The notes under the pieces are model-generated. The model did no database searches. It had not been told where the DNA came from and saw nothing but the letters and a program-made list of their open reading frames with translations. A stretch of DNA of 64,000 nucleotides from Paraspadella gotoi (Eukaryota > Animalia > Chaetognatha), in assembly GCA_051294375.1 (NCBI GenBank), contig JBJCIZ010000239.1, forward strand, positions 484,261 through 548,260, written 5' to 3'. Positions 25,718 through 39,960 of this stretch are shown piece by piece (positions within the stretch are counted from its first letter, which is position 1; each line of letters begins with the position of its first letter). Made by a program: the position numbers and the translations under genes.

Positions 25718-25734
25718 GCGATCCCTTCCCTTCT
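25718..25734 (+). pseudogene. First 17 bp of BEACH exon E (second copy), interrupted by the hATm element
   Basis: tcttcag|gcgatcccttcccttct matches 19061-19080, then switches to the transposon TIR. Confidence 0.65.
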
Positions 25735-26584
25735 TAAGGGGACCAAGTGAACAGGGGGTGTAAAAGCTGAAAACATAACGTTTGACCTTTTAACTTAAGT
25801 GGTTCTGATTCTTATAATTTTTTCTTTATAATCATTTGGGGAAATAGTTAAAAAATTCGATAAAATCAGCGAGCTTTAATTTTCTTTAAAAAACGTCGTT
25901 AAGAAGAAAAATCCTTTTTTTCAAAGTTTTAAATATTTTTTTTTTCCAAAAAAGGGTAAGATTCTTAATTTTAAAAGATTTTCCAGCCTTTTATTATAAA
26001 AAATTTATAATAAAAAAACTAGGGAATGAATCAAAATTTAAGGGATCGACTGATATTTATTTTAAACTTTCTTTTCAAATGATTCTGTTAATTGGATTTA
26101 AAATTAAAAACTCTTTGAAGTAATATAAATATATAAAGAAGAGAAAGATTCGTTACTTTTGCTAAATTTAATTGTTTATAATTTGAGGAATCATATAAGT
26201 TTAATTATAACATTTAAGGGATGAATATGAATACTTAATTAATAATTATTACAGTTTTGTTTCTGTAAGAATAGACAATTTAGGTTTGATTTATTCTGCT
26301 TTTAAGTAAATATTTAAAAAAAACATATTAGCTCTTGTAAGCCTTTGTTCAATGAGGCTTAATACCTAAAAATGTAAGCTTTGTTTACAGTAAAAAAATA
26401 AAAAATTGGAATTTTAGGTAAAAAATACTTTCTAATGCAAAAAAAATAATGGATTATATAAATATTTAGGTAGGGTCAACTTAAATTTTTTTTTTCATAA
26501 TTATTAAATTTTTTGTTCCGCTAGAATAAGAGATAGGAATTTTTTTGCCAGCATTTCCCTTGCGAAAGAAAAATTAATTGGACT

Positions 26585-27366
26585 ATCACTGTTTTGAACT
26601 AAGTTCGGAGCAGTGGTTCATGACTTGCTAACTTTCCCAGGTGGCTAACTCTTACGCCAAAATAAAGGCGTTGGTATTTGTGGAGCGTAATGGCGCAGAG
26701 GAGACGATGGCGGCCGGTTAATGAAGCTCAATAGATGGAGGACGACAAAGTTCTCGGCCAACAAAGGCGAAGCCGCAAGGAGTTTGTAGAAAGTAAAGTT
26801 CATTTGTATTAAGTTGAAGTTAGAAATCCTGGTGCAAAGTGATAACAAAAGACTATTTAATACAAACTTCAGCAATATATTATATATTAACGTTTAAAGA
26901 ATCGTTTCTTACTTATGTTTCTGAAGCCTAAAAAGACCACACAAAAAAGTTGCTTCTCTACAGGAAAGTCCACCACATTCAGCAATTTAACAAATAGTTT
27001 CTAAAAACTAAAGATTCCGAGATTTCTCAGAGAACTGAAAGTGCAAGAATGACAGATCGATCGGTTTGTCAGCATCGATATAAATGTGTAATTAAAATCT
27101 GATCGAAATCCGATGAACACAATCAGGAGATCCGCCACGGAATCTGACTTAAGTATATAGTTAAACAAAAGTCTAATTCAAAAGATGTCTTCTGTAATCG
27201 CTGGAAAGCTGGAAATTCTTGCGTTCAGTAAAAAGACAAAAAGAGGTCATGCGGGAAAGAAGTGGAGAAAGCTGGGGATTTTTCTTGTGATATATAGATA
27301 GTTATTATTCGTAACACCCCCGCTATTTGTGGGCATGCCAAAGCATTCCAAATAACTGGCATGGTT
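26585..27366 (-). CDS. hATm transposase C-terminal exon(s) (noisy)
   Basis: ttcttag|NHA(R), LR..IYISQE.PS, DQILIT, and near 26780-26590 PC....R.V...NAFILA...P.L. These resemble 'HARWL..LR.Y.S...PS', 'H.E.LL' and 'PCH.Q.VER...GFI....R..P'. Confidence 0.55.
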
Positions 27367-28369
27367 CTAAGAAATAACAATCTAAAATATCCGTCGCAGG
27401 GGATGAAGTAGAGAGGAAGAAATTTTAAAATGCTGAGCATGCAAAAAAATGCGCCCAGGACTGTTAAGCCTAAAAAACGTTGCAAATTACTCAAAACAGA
27501 AACAATTCTTCTATAAAAACGGATGACGACATACACGGACAGACGGGCAGCGACGACAGACGAGCACCACTGACGGCGAACCCTCCTCCACACGCGTTTT
27601 TTAATTCAAGTTCAATGACGACAGACGAAGAGGGTACAAATATTCAAATAGATTAAATCGTGCCGAGATGGAATTAAAGCTACGAATTAAGTCGTAAAAT
27701 CTAATTTACCTCTTTGTACCCATAAAAACAGGATTTTGAAGTTGACTTATGTACGAACGGATCACGAAGGACTGCCGAAGATACCGTCATCTACCCCGCG
27801 GAGTTGCAAGCGCGTGTGACGATAGCCGAAACATACGAACCTGACTCTCAAAATTAAAAAGTAAAAATGAAAAACTTGAAACGTGCGCGCTATTCGGTTA
27901 AAGCCGAAAGACCGGACCGTGAAAACAGAAGAAACACTAAAAAACTGGACTTCATTCTGACATTTCTTAAAAAACGTTGCCCGCTAACTGAAAAAGACAC
28001 AAAATATGAAAAACCTAAAAAAAATTTTGGACACAAGGCAGGCGGGAATGAAACATTTGGAGCTAAATATCTCTAACTGGCTAACTGACTATTTCCAATG
28101 ATTTTTAGGAAAACCTAATCTCGGGCGGATTTATTAAAACAATACTCTGAAGCAATTACTAAACATTAGGCCTTATATCGAAGTACAAAGCCGGGTGTAT
28201 AACTGACCCCAGGGGTGGCCGAACTTTGAACCTTTATATACTATTTAACTTAGGTCGAATCCACGAAGACCGGTTGTAACTGACCCCGGTGGGCCCGATC
28301 TCCGGGTCCGACATATATTTCACCCGAATCTTTCGACGGCAGTTCAACCGACGCGTCAGAAACGTTGAA

Positions 28370-28655
28370 TATTAGTGGCAGCCCGAATGTAAGGGACAAT
28401 GCGGCACCGCCGGACAAACAATCCGAATTTCCAAACGGAACCTAAAGGTAAATCGAGTGGTTATTGATCATGCTGAAGCGATTGATAACCACGCTTTCAT
28501 GAAATCCATCTTTTCTGCCCCCCGCAGGAACGGAAATCGCGATTCTCGAAGTTAATGACGGGACTGACTAGGCAACGCCAATCAACCCCTTGAACGTCAA
28601 ACAATCCTGGCGAAAGCCAGAAGGTGAGTTTTCCCAATGCCACGGAACCAACCTA
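28370..28655 (-). CDS. hATm transposase exon 5 (very noisy)
   Basis: Acceptor ggtttag|, then G..GK, PVINFE and L.HDQ in the order of the hATm motif 'GPIG..L...PV..F...DLS.DQ.YL'. Confidence 0.5.
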
Positions 28656-31600
28656 AACCGAATGACACAGTTAAAAATCTTCAAAAAAATTCAAAATTTC
28701 TCTTACCGCAGGTAAACGCGCATCGAAAGGATCGAACACATTACTTCAGGGCCACATCAGGCACGCCACCACCAAAACTCCTTCAACGATCCTTGATGCA
28801 AGACCTCCGATGCGAAAGGACCCAAATTTATGAAGATCTTGTGAACATTCGTCTCCTTACCATTTTAGAGACCGCACAACCCGTACTTAACGACACGAAA
28901 AAACCTTAGACTTGATCCTCGGGAAAAAATAGAAAATTGAGTGACATCTTAAATTTGTCTAAAATCTGGATCAATCTTATTACTAAACGTGAAGTTTGCA
29001 ATTTTAAAAAAAAATAAAAATGACAAGCCTTATCTACCTTATGTCGTAGTAGGTTGCCAACAATAAAAAATGTTTAGGACTAGACCTATAAAACGAAAGT
29101 CAATACTATCAAATCTAACCCGAAAAATACGTAACAACCCTAATAATCAAATAACCTAAGGAAATATAATCAGTATCTAAATAGCGTAAAGGAAGTACCT
29201 TTATTGGTTTATTTTTGCTTACAGCATCCGGAATTGCCGAAGCAACAAGAGCAATATTTCGACAAGGCTAAAACTATAAGGACTACGGATTGGGCGAGAC
29301 CCTCAAACCCTGCCAAAAAGCAAAACAAGCAATAACATGATTAACCTTTTTGTCGGCTGGCTCCCTGTTCAGCTCCCTGCCTAACTATTTTAAGGGAGAA
29401 AAGACAACAAAAAATGAGGTACGTACAAAGTCCAAAACGATTACAAAACAGTTCATTGCCACAGAGAACCGCATCACAAAAGTAACGCGACGGGTAAGTT
29501 ATTAAAGGGGTTTCGGATAAGATCGCTTACCGCGGAGAAAAGGCGGTTGGTTAACAAAAGGCAACCCTTCGTTACCGAATTTTCGAAAAACTTCGGAGTT
29601 CCCGACGACTTTTTCCCAACCCATGAATGAAGCAGGCTATACGCAAGGGAAAGCCGTCCGCCTGTAGCGGCGCGCAAGGAGACAGTCATGGGACAGTTCG
29701 ACCGTCGCTCCGAAAGCCTAAAGTTTTGTAATTTTGCGCGCCGATCACGGAAAACTCCGTCCGTCAAGAGATTTCGAAAATCGATCGGACAAAAAAATAT
29801 TTATTAAAAGCGATAAAAAAAATGTTTAGGGCAAAACTATGAATAATAATAAAACCGTTTAAAGAGATAATCGATTTATATTATTCCTTATCTCTACTCT
29901 CCTTATTTGTCGCCTCTCCTCTGAGCTACCAAAAAATAAAACAAAACCTGAATAAATACAAAAAAATGGGCACGAATGGGAAGTTTTTTAAGCAGGTGGG
30001 GTGGTTCCCTTCAACACCGCTCCGAAAGAGGGTTTCGTCTTTTCCGTCTTGTCCTGGTCGGGAAAGACACGCTTTGGCGAGCGTTGGGTTTTTGTCCTCC
30101 TCTCAAAACTCAACCAAAACCCTGACCTTGACCTCAAAATTTCACCTTTCTCAACTCATTACAAAAAACCTTAGACGGAACACCAACAAACGTACAAATG
30201 TGACGATGTCAAGTTTCATACTAAAAATAAATCTAAAAAATAAAACTTTGTAAATTTCGTGGGTTTAAGGGACTAAATACTAAAAACGAAAATATTAAAT
30301 TTTCTAAAAACACGAACAAAGATTTTTAAAAGTAAAGATTTAAAAAAAAATACTAAATATTTCATATCGGAAAAATGGCCGTTCCCCCCGCCGAACGGAG
30401 AGGAAGAACCTGTTCGTACAAAAAGAAATAAAAAAAATTTTTCAAAAATATTCCCAAAAAAATACAAAGGGAGAACTACGTAAGTTAATTCGTTAATTTG
30501 GGGGGAAACGGCGGAAAATCCCAAATTTTCTCACCGAGCGCGTTAAAGTCTGCGAAAAATCTGAGACAACAACAGGAATGATGTACATAACACTTCATAT
30601 CCGAAGATAATCGGAGGCCGGTACGATCGATGAAAGTTGAGGTTAACCCGCCAGAAAAAACCAAACACAGCAAAATAACAATATTACTCAAAAAATAAAT
30701 ATTTATTTTAACAACTAAAAATTATTAAGAAAAAACGTAAGTATACATTAATTATTTTCAGAAATGCCCCGCCGCATCAAGTTCCAGCACGCATCAACGC
30801 AACTTTTAAATTCCGTCAGCCTCGGGCCGTAATCGTTCCGTCAACGATCCGAGCGTCCATCTTACGAACCGGAAGTCATGTTCATCGTCGTCTAGAAAAC
30901 CGGTCGTTAACGAGCATTAAACACGCGAAAACATATGTTCTGTAAATTTACGGGAGCCATCGACGATGCATCGAAACGATCGATGGCCGCGTTACTAAAA
31001 TTCCTTTACATTGAGAACAAAAAATTCTAAAAATTCCGATTACTTGAAAAGGCAAAAAAAATCGATAGATTTCGAAAAAAGTCCAAGTCTATACAAGAAA
31101 TGGTTCAACGAGAGAGCTGGTACGGGCCGACTTACCCGCTTACTCAGACAAAGGCCTCCCACGAACCTCCCCGCCAGCCATGAAAAAAACACCCTCTCAG
31201 CGATTGTTTGTTTACCGAGACGACGTGCAAAAGTTTAAACAAAACAAAGGCGAGAGCTCCGTCACAAGAGCGCCCCCATGCCGATCAAGTCGACATGTGC
31301 AGAAATTCGAAAAAACATATAAATAAATCATGAGTTAATGAAATAACAATAAAAAAACGGCTTTTGAAAACGCGGCACTCCCGATAAAAAAGATTTGCAA
31401 AGTGCAGAAAAAAATAGGAAATCCGCCTTTCTTTGAATCGCGACTGGAAAGAAAAATGATTCAATTAAATAACTTTTTGTCCGCCGCGTTAGCAGGGAAA
31501 ATCGAATCCGTTATTTCTAGATCCCAACCTTTTACTCCCGCCACAGGGAGAATCCGAATTCTATGCGAATTTAAACAAAAACCACGAAAAACAGATAAGA

Positions 31601-32771
31601 AACGAAATAAATAACTATTAATTAAAATGAAAAAATAGTTAAATATTAAAAAAGGAAAGACGAGCATTTTCAGCTTCACAGAAAAGAAAAAGCCTATCTA
31701 AAAGGCTTAGAGCGCCATTCGACATTTTTTAAAGTAAAATAATAGCCTAACCTTCAGGCGCGCGGGGCATGTTAAACATTTAGAGAAATACCCGAAAAAG
31801 AGCCCAAGGGTGACTCGCGCTCTTGACGCGAGTTTAAATTTAGATAGGAAAAAATTGATAAAATATAATATAAAAAATCTTATAATAATTCATTGTAAAA
31901 AAATTAAACCCGTATAATTAGAAACGCCCGGTATTTAATAAAAAATTCTCTAAGAATTAATTTTACTTTAAAAAAAACGCCACTAACAGCGATTCAAAAA
32001 ACAGGAAAAACTTAATCTTTTCTGCGATCTTGGGGCCATCGCTAAAAAATTGAAAACCTTCTGCGCCCGCACATTTTTATTGATAATTGGTCGGCCGTTA
32101 GAGTAACGGTCACGGACAGAAAAAAATGAAAAAATTGTCCGGGCCGTTAGAGACCTGGGCGGCGGGAACACAAAAAACAAAAAAAAAATATTAAAAAAAA
32201 CGGAAAAAAACTCTGTCTGCCGTTAGTACGGACGCAGACACACGGAATTCCACTTTTCTCCATTGAAAAAACGTTTACTGAGTACCGCCGTCAGATGAAA
32301 TTTCCAGAGGAAACCACTGACCTACTGGCGAAACAGAACCGGATCACGTTTGAGTTCCATATAAACTAAAAAACAGGCACAAAAAAAAAAAAGAAAACTG
32401 AACAAAACTAAACGTATTTAACATATTGATGTGATGAAGAAAGTGTGGATATCATGCAGCCTAGGTAATTAATAATCAAAGGCACCACTTTAACGACTTT
32501 TTCCTTATTCATAAGCACATTTACATAATGTTTCGCGGATGCCAATAAAAAGTTGACACAATGCGCGTAATATTACCCACTTATCGCTGGGCCTCGATAA
32601 GTGAACCATAGAAAAAACAGGTAAGTAAATTACGTGACATTAAAACCACCCATTATTTTAAAACAGCTCAGTGGTTTCTTTAACAGTGGGAGGGAGCTTC
32701 CGTACACCCCAAACCTCAAAACAATGGATCTATGTGCCGTAATAAGATCTTTAGCTCTCCCCATATCTCCA

Positions 32772-33984
32772 TTAAGGTGAGGGTAGGCTTATACTAACCC
32801 GTCCCGGCAAAATAACCTAAAAAAAAAATAAAAAACATACTCAAGACTTCCCCGCCGGGACCAAGCGGACACCAAGGCTGCCCCACTATATTACAAAGAG
32901 AGAGCACGACGGTACCGGATGACGATCCAAAAACGCCGCCTTCTCCCTGCTGCCATCCCGGGTGGAGGGCTCTCTTGTTGGCAAGCTGGGTGGACGGATC
33001 AAAAAACCGTCGTATCTCACCGAGTTTCCTCCCCCAAGCTCGCGTCTCATGGGCTATTTTGAGATGGGCCCGGACGCCATGGCTTGCACAGCTAGTCACG
33101 TTGAGCTCATGAAATGGCCCGGACGTCCATGCTTGTACAGCTGTGTCACGTAAGCTCATGAAATTGGCCCGGACGCGATGTTGTACAGCTGCGTCCACGT
33201 ATAAGCTCATCATGAAGCATGGCCCGGACGCTCATGCTTTGTAACAGCTTGCGTCACGTAAGCTCATGAAATGGCCCGGACGCCCATGCTTACACAACCC
33301 CGGGAGCAGCGAATACCGCCTCATTGCTGAGGTCTGTATTTTTTAAGCTATGAAAATTTTATTAAAAAACGGGAATAAAAGGGATGAAAAAAGACTACAA
33401 CGCCGCTTAAAATGCGGTTCCGCAAAATCAAAACCCGTAAGTGAAATGTGAGGGCAAAACTAACAAAAAAAAAATATTTTTTCTTTTTTCCAACAAAAAA
33501 TTATCAAAACATCGCGGTAGCTTTCAAAAAATAATTGCTCGCGGTTGACGTACGATTAAACAAACGAAGAATACGAAGCTAATTCGTCATAAATCTGGTT
33601 ACAACTTACGCCAAAATCCCAATTTGATCATTACTGTTAAAAGGTGAAATTCGTACATTAAAAAATTAATCAAATCAGGATCATTATTTTCGAAAATTCC
33701 ATTTTACCAGTCAAAATCTGAAGAAAAAATTTTGAGTAGGGACTGCCCACTTATCGAAAAATCGGAAAAGTAGAATAAATAATTTTTTAACTTTTAATAA
33801 AAACCCTACTTGCCAGGTTACTAAAATATAAAAATAAAAATTCTTCCTACAATAATTGTACTAACCAAACCAAAACAGGATCTGAAGAAAACATAGTCTT
33901 AAAACAGTAAAAATACAATAATCAAAAAGTTTCAAATCAAAAAATAATTTAACTCATGAATTTCTGGTTAGGTACACCCCCTTA
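32772..33984. mobile_element. Possible non-autonomous TIR element nested in the hATm interval
   Basis: The right end ggttaggtacaccccctta (reverse complement taagggggtgtacctaacc) aligns with gaps to the left end ttaaggtgagggtaggcttatactaacc. Noisy. Confidence 0.3.
33064..33292. repeat. ~48-bp minisatellite, ~4.5 copies
   Basis: Unit atggcccggacgccatgcttgtacagctgcgtcacgtaagctcatgaa. The ggcccgg motif starts at 33067, 33116, 33166, 33221 and 33273. Confidence 0.95.
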
Positions 33985-34299
33985 TGGGAAATCTCGGTCG
34001 AACGCGGAAAACTAGTGCTATTGGGGGAAAACGGAATTTTCATTTTTCGGGCCGAGCCTCTGTAAAATAAAAGACTTTCGGAAATGGCATAGCAATAATG
34101 GAATAGCGACACAAGAGTTTCTGACTTTGAGGGACTGAGGTATTGTATTATTTTTAACTTTCACTCGTCTAGCTCCAAACGGAAAAGTTTTGAACGATCA
34201 CTGGAAGATCTTTCCATTCGAGGGTCCGGCTACGAACGCGCGGCCGCGCGTTACGGAGTCGTTGCTAGGCACCCTTCACATTATACGCCAGGCCTCCCA

Positions 34300-35460
34300 C
34301 ACGCTTCCTGCGTCTCAACTTGGTCTTGTCGTCAGAAGGAGGACGAGCTGGCCCGAACCTCGCGAGATTCCGGATGCGAAGAATGAGAAGTCAGCTGTGC
34401 AGTTAAAGGTAGGAAATCATTGGCATCATGCAAGGACGATGGATTGTTCAACGTTTCTCTCGGAGGGAGTCCAGAGAGTCCAAGGAGGGCCTTCGTCGAC
34501 GGGCTTCAACCCGGCCCGCAACTCGACGAGGTAGACGATACCAACGAAAGGAGTCGAATTTCTTTTTCCAAAGTAGATTCCATAAACCGAAAAGTTTTAA
34601 ATACATATTAGCGAAAGAGGCGATTCGGCTGTCGATCAGGATTATTTTCGTTGTACGATTCGAGGAAGCATTGAAACCCGAGACACGTCGAAATAGATTC
34701 CAACTCACGCGCAAAAAGCGAAAGCATAGTTTATTCTTAGGCATTCCACGAATCAGCGGAGAAAGATGGGCGTAGATGAAAACAAGGGAAGAATCGACTA
34801 GATAGCGGCGCGACGCTCCGCTTGTTATCTCGGGACTCAAAACCCGGGAAGATCTTCTGCGTTTCCATGGAGCACCCAGACGCTTGTTAATTGGCCACGT
34901 CGGGATCCCGATCCAAAAGAAAAATTTCAGTTCCGCATCCATGGAACCAATCCCATATCACCATTCTTCCGAAGAGTAGAGGATGACCCCCAATAGCAAC
35001 ATAGCAGGACGCAATCTCCATCCGCTCCACAAGGAAATCATGGAGTGCCTAGATATTCAATGTTCGAAAAAACGGTAAAAAAACGCGGCTTCTTGACGCC
35101 GAATTACTATAGATGCGATTGCAAAAATCGTTCCAACGCAAGAAACAACTCGAAAAAAGTCCTATTGAACCAACCGGTTGAGACGAAAATTTGCGGCGGC
35201 GAGATGAGAACACCTAGCTGCGAAAGTTAATAACCTCCGACCGGACGATTCAATATTGACGCCGTAGCTCAAAATTGGAGCCGTGGGCCTGGCAACGAAA
35301 AGAAGCACATCCCCGGCGTCAAAATTTGCTATGGAAACTGGCCGCGATTCCAGAGAGAATCTCGATGGATAGGTAATGCTTCACAAATTCCTTTGCCGCT
35401 CTTTGCCCTTGGTAAAACGTGATCGTCGACAGAATTTGCTCCCAAATGAAGAGTCATCCC
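34300..35460 (-). mobile_element. Possible heavily corrupted non-LTR (RTE-like) reverse transcriptase remnant
   Basis: Motif ghosts in RT order: SVDDHV (~35430), SYGV...EVIN (~35265-35230), GVK (~35095) and DSRIA..N..L..LW (~34630-34570). Confidence 0.3.
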
Positions 35461-38400
35461 GCACGTGATAGAGACTCCGTCCGATTGGGGCGGCCGGCGA
35501 AAGAAAATCGGCGTACGAAAAGTCGAGCCGAATCTCGCGGCAAGAGCAACTCCGCTATGAATGGCGTACTCGCCTCAACACTTCTCGTGTAATGCAGTCT
35601 CACATGCTGAATCTCTCGAGTGCAGAACAGTCTATATGATAGCCTCTCACACAATTCTAAATGCTCGAGCTTATAGAGAATTTAGGAATAACCTTTCCGT
35701 GTCGCGTGAACACAAGCCTTGTATCTCCTGTCTTCTCTAGCGGCTGGACTATCGCTCTATCGCGCGGCTTACCGTAGGTGTGTGCTCGCTCGGCACTTGG
35801 TCCATTCCAATTTCGTTTTTAAACGCAAAGAAGAATTCTACTTCCGCGACGAAATTTCGAATCTCGGGCATCCACTAGATAATGAGCTCAAGAAAAGGAA
35901 ATCCTTTTCTTTTGCGCCACAGTCGTCACGCTCCGCTCAAATCGCACATATCCTGTCTCAGCGCAACAAGGAAGGAGCGGGTTGTTCCACAACATCCTTG
36001 ACGGCCTTGCTTCTGGTTCCACACCACGTCCTTCCTCCAGAGTCCAGTTGGAACGCAAGTGCGTCGAACACCGAAAGAAATCTTCTTCTTTTCGACTTTG
36101 GCCCCGAGCATAATGCTTGGGAGAACCTTTCCTCTCTCTACACTGCTTTCTCTAGTGACATTCAGATAATATCCGGCCCGTTCCAATTCTCAGCCCTTAC
36201 CGAGAATGTTGCAGTCCTCGCATGTCTAGGGTCGGACGGTCGACGCTCACCTGATAAAAAACTCTCACCCCGCCGCCTGCCACGTACCTTTCCGCAACTC
36301 ACTCGTATCCCGGTAGTCGCGCGGATCCGCCTGAAGAGAAACATAATCCAACGGAAAGCGTTTCGAGAGTGACTAGATATATAGATACCACGCTTCATAG
36401 ATAGACGCACACGCTCGGCAAGGCCGGTGGACGTAGAGCATCAAGAGAGATGCCTAGACCACCAGCCAATATTGCTATTGCTGCTTCCGTCTGGCGGCGA
36501 CCTCTCGATCCAATGTCCCCCGGTATTGGATTGCAAGACGTCGTCTTCCATCAGAGACTGACGGTAAACTCTGCATCGCATGTGAGAGGACGTCCCAGCG
36601 CGACAACGACGATCTAATTGGCTCCCACAACTACTACGAGTGCTGCTCGTAGTCCTCCGATAGTGAGCGTCCTGGCCTTTCACGGAATTCTCCTATACTC
36701 TAATCGAGTCGTAGCGACTCCATCATAACGTCACACGCCAATAGCCTTCGGACAACTCGTGGGAGACTATGCGCTTCACCATCCTTATAATATAGCTCAA
36801 TAGAGGTCTATCGACACCTCAGCTTCTCTTCCACACTAGCTCCCTTCCCTGTCTTATCACTTAATCGCCGCTCCATGACATCATCAGCACGAGCCTCTTA
36901 GGCGTAGTGCCAGGCCTGACTAACGAGAATGCTTGAAGCTCTTACGGCACGCGTGTTACTTATAATCAGTAACAAAGATACGTATTTCGTGCATTGGCGA
37001 CGCGGCCCACTGTTGCTCGACAAGCCTCACGACGTTATAGGATCTTCAATCGGGGATCGGCAAGAGAGAGAATTTCGGTTCTAAGAAACGTCTAGTCCGG
37101 TCGCAGTTCAGCCTAGAATAGTCTCCACCCTGCACAGCAGACGCTGCACCGACGACCTAGCATACGAAGCTACAGCCATTCCGCGAGGCGCAGATCATTA
37201 TCGTACCAAGAACCGCGATAGATTGTGAACACCACGACCCCAATAAGCACATCGAGAAGAACTTTGGTCATCACGTCGCACCCATTCGATCACTCATTCT
37301 GCACTCATCCTCTTTTGTCACTCCGGCAATATCGACTGCCGATTTGCTCTATTTTGCTTGCGCGTTGCTCGTCAAATACGCTAAGTGTAATGCCCTGGCC
37401 GCCCGTTTTCTCAGCCATCCTATTATCTTCTTCGAGACAGTGTCTCGACGTCTCTCCGTCGACATAGGATGAGGATTGATTTTAACTGCCAGAAAAATCT
37501 AACTGGCATTTTGGTAAGAGCATTTGTCGTATCGATGGACCGCTTCCCAATCAGTTTCTCGAAGGCAACGGAATAAAGACGGGGCGATGAACATCATTTT
37601 TAGCGGCGATCGGGCGGCTTCCGACGTCCCATATAGCCTCGCGATCCTCGCATATCTTGCGTGCACCTTTAGTCTCCTTGCCGAACTTCCTCGCGCCCGG
37701 TATATTGTTTACGAGGACGGCGGTCTGCTCAGGCGAGACGTTAACCATTGTCTCGCTGTTCCGACGCCGCAGTGATCCTTATGTCGCCGGTTAGCCCTGA
37801 AGTCGGAACTTTCTATGGTTTATACAAAAAAAAAAAAACAGAGGTATCACAGAGGGCCATGATAAATCATCCAAAATGGTGATATTATTAAAGACAATAA
37901 CTCAAATTTCTCACATGCCCACTTTATCTGTGAAAAACACCGTGGCATACCATTTCTAACGAAGAAGACCTACCCGTCTTACAGACCGCTCACAGGAACG
38001 AGGGTCCTGCGTAGGACCGCTCAGAACTGCGTCGGTTCATCCGGCCGTGCGTAACCGCTCTTTTCCCCATCGTTTCTTGAAGACGATCCACGCGTCTGTA
38101 TGGCGTTCGTGATGTCAATGGCTGCGGCTTCGTGACGTCCAGTTTGACGTATAAAAATCCCACAGTTCCGTCCTATTTGATCAACGAAAACGCACTTCTA
38201 CATACCTTGGAAGTCCGTTATCCTTAACCCACGATGCGGGCGTATTGGCTCTCTTTACAGACTTGCTCTTGTGGGATCCATGCCGCTGCTTCCTTCCGAG
38301 AACTCAAAGACGTTCACTTGCATCAAGCAAGTCGACGCAACAAAGTTCGCCACAACCTACACCGACGTTTCTATGGAGTACAGCGACATATACATTGCCA

Positions 38401-39960
38401 TAGGCTGATAATCTCGCGCCACCGCGTACGGAAGAAGCGTTTGAAAGGCAGGAGAGTCCCGAGCAAAAATACCAAAAGGCCCGGCGCCCTTGCAGTTGAG
38501 CGGCTGACAGCGGTTACTCGCTAAGGCTGTCTCATAACGGACCGTCCGCTTTTGGAGGACTGGCGCCGCTGTGATGCCGTGAGACGACAAAAGCCGGCGT
38601 TTCGGCTGTCTAACTCTCCCAATCCGCGCGGCGCACTGACCTCGACTTCTTCTCCCATGATCTATGCTCACTGCTATGCGCGGGCTCGTCACAGTGATGC
38701 CGCGCTCCTGAATTGACCTCCTGTCCGAGAGAAGCCGGACCACCTGGCGATGCATTCTATACACGTCCTCCCGTGGCATGATACCACTATCGCACAATAT
38801 ACATATATAGTGAAGACGAGAGTTAAATATGGTCCCTTTAATCGCGGATGATCGCGCAGAAAACTCCTTTGTGGACACGAAGGAACACTTTGGCGCGCTG
38901 CAGAGTGCTCGCGGCGTACGGGCGGAGCGCCATCGGCGCGTCACTCCACGCCCGCCCGCCTCCCCACATTGGATTTTTCCGGGTTCCGGCGAACTTCGTT
39001 GGCCGGGGAGGCGTTTCTGAAGCATGTAGGGTAGTCGACGACGTCTGTTGGAGGAGAAACTCAAAAACGGGGGAAATTTCGTTGACGTCACGATCCATTC
39101 CACTTACGCGCAGGACGACGCCGGCGTAAGAAAATTAAAAGATCTCCCTCGGCATAGCCAAAGCTCGATATGCTTGACCTTGAAAAAATCTTTCTCTTTC
39201 TTCTCTCAATTCTTTCCGTTCTGAACCGAAATGCGCGGGATCGAATGCAGAGAGACGAAGCGTATTTACCATCTTCCGTCGCTTCACGCAAACTCTCTCT
39301 AAAACCGGTTATGATCATTGAAGATTTGAATTTGCTGAAAAAAAATCATCGCGCTTCCCTCGACGCCTACGATAGACGTTTCTATCACAGTCGGCGTCAC
39401 ATAGCTCTGGTTGACTCCTCTACGCTCGAGATCTGAAGACGCATCTCGTCGATTTCGGTTTCGCCTCATCTAGACGCTCGCTATCCAACCAGCCGCCTTG
39501 CCGATGAGCATCGCCATAGGCGGATGCTCGGACGATCTCCGGACGACGGCTGGCCGCGAGACTCGTGGTCAAACGATGAACGTGGACTTAAATCGCGAAA
39601 CCTGGCTCTCGCCTGTGATGACGTCACGAGGTGGAAATAATGACGGAACTGGCCTCGAAAACTTTTCTTTATCTTCAAGAGTCGGGCAGTGCAGGTAAAA
39701 CGGCCCCGAGGCTGACCGCCTGGTAAGTTCCGCCGTCGGCGCTCCATGGTTTGAGCCTCCCTTCCGAAGAATAGGCTCCTGCCGGTACTTCGGGGGTCAC
39801 CATAAAAGACTCGGCGTCGTCGTCATCCTTTGTTGCGACGAATCCAAAAAACGTCGTGGCCTGTCGATCCAATGCTTTCAACCCGATGATGCACCATCGA
39901 CTTGAAATAACTCGCAAATACNNNNNNNNNNNNNNNNNNNNNNNNNTTTAATGAGTTTAC

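Noticed and set aside
25734-25745. Kolobok/piggyBac element because the copies diverge at TTAA
   Set aside because: The TIR is TAAGGTGG-type and the enclosed transposase has hATm motifs, so the TTAA appears coincidental.
33064-33292. CRISPR-like array
   Set aside because: A contiguous tandem repeat; the variation is indel noise, not spacers.
35719-39103. 217-aa and 248-aa ORFs suggesting foreign or bacterial DNA
   Set aside because: No recognisable domains or operon structure; the sequence looks random and leads into a 25-N gap.
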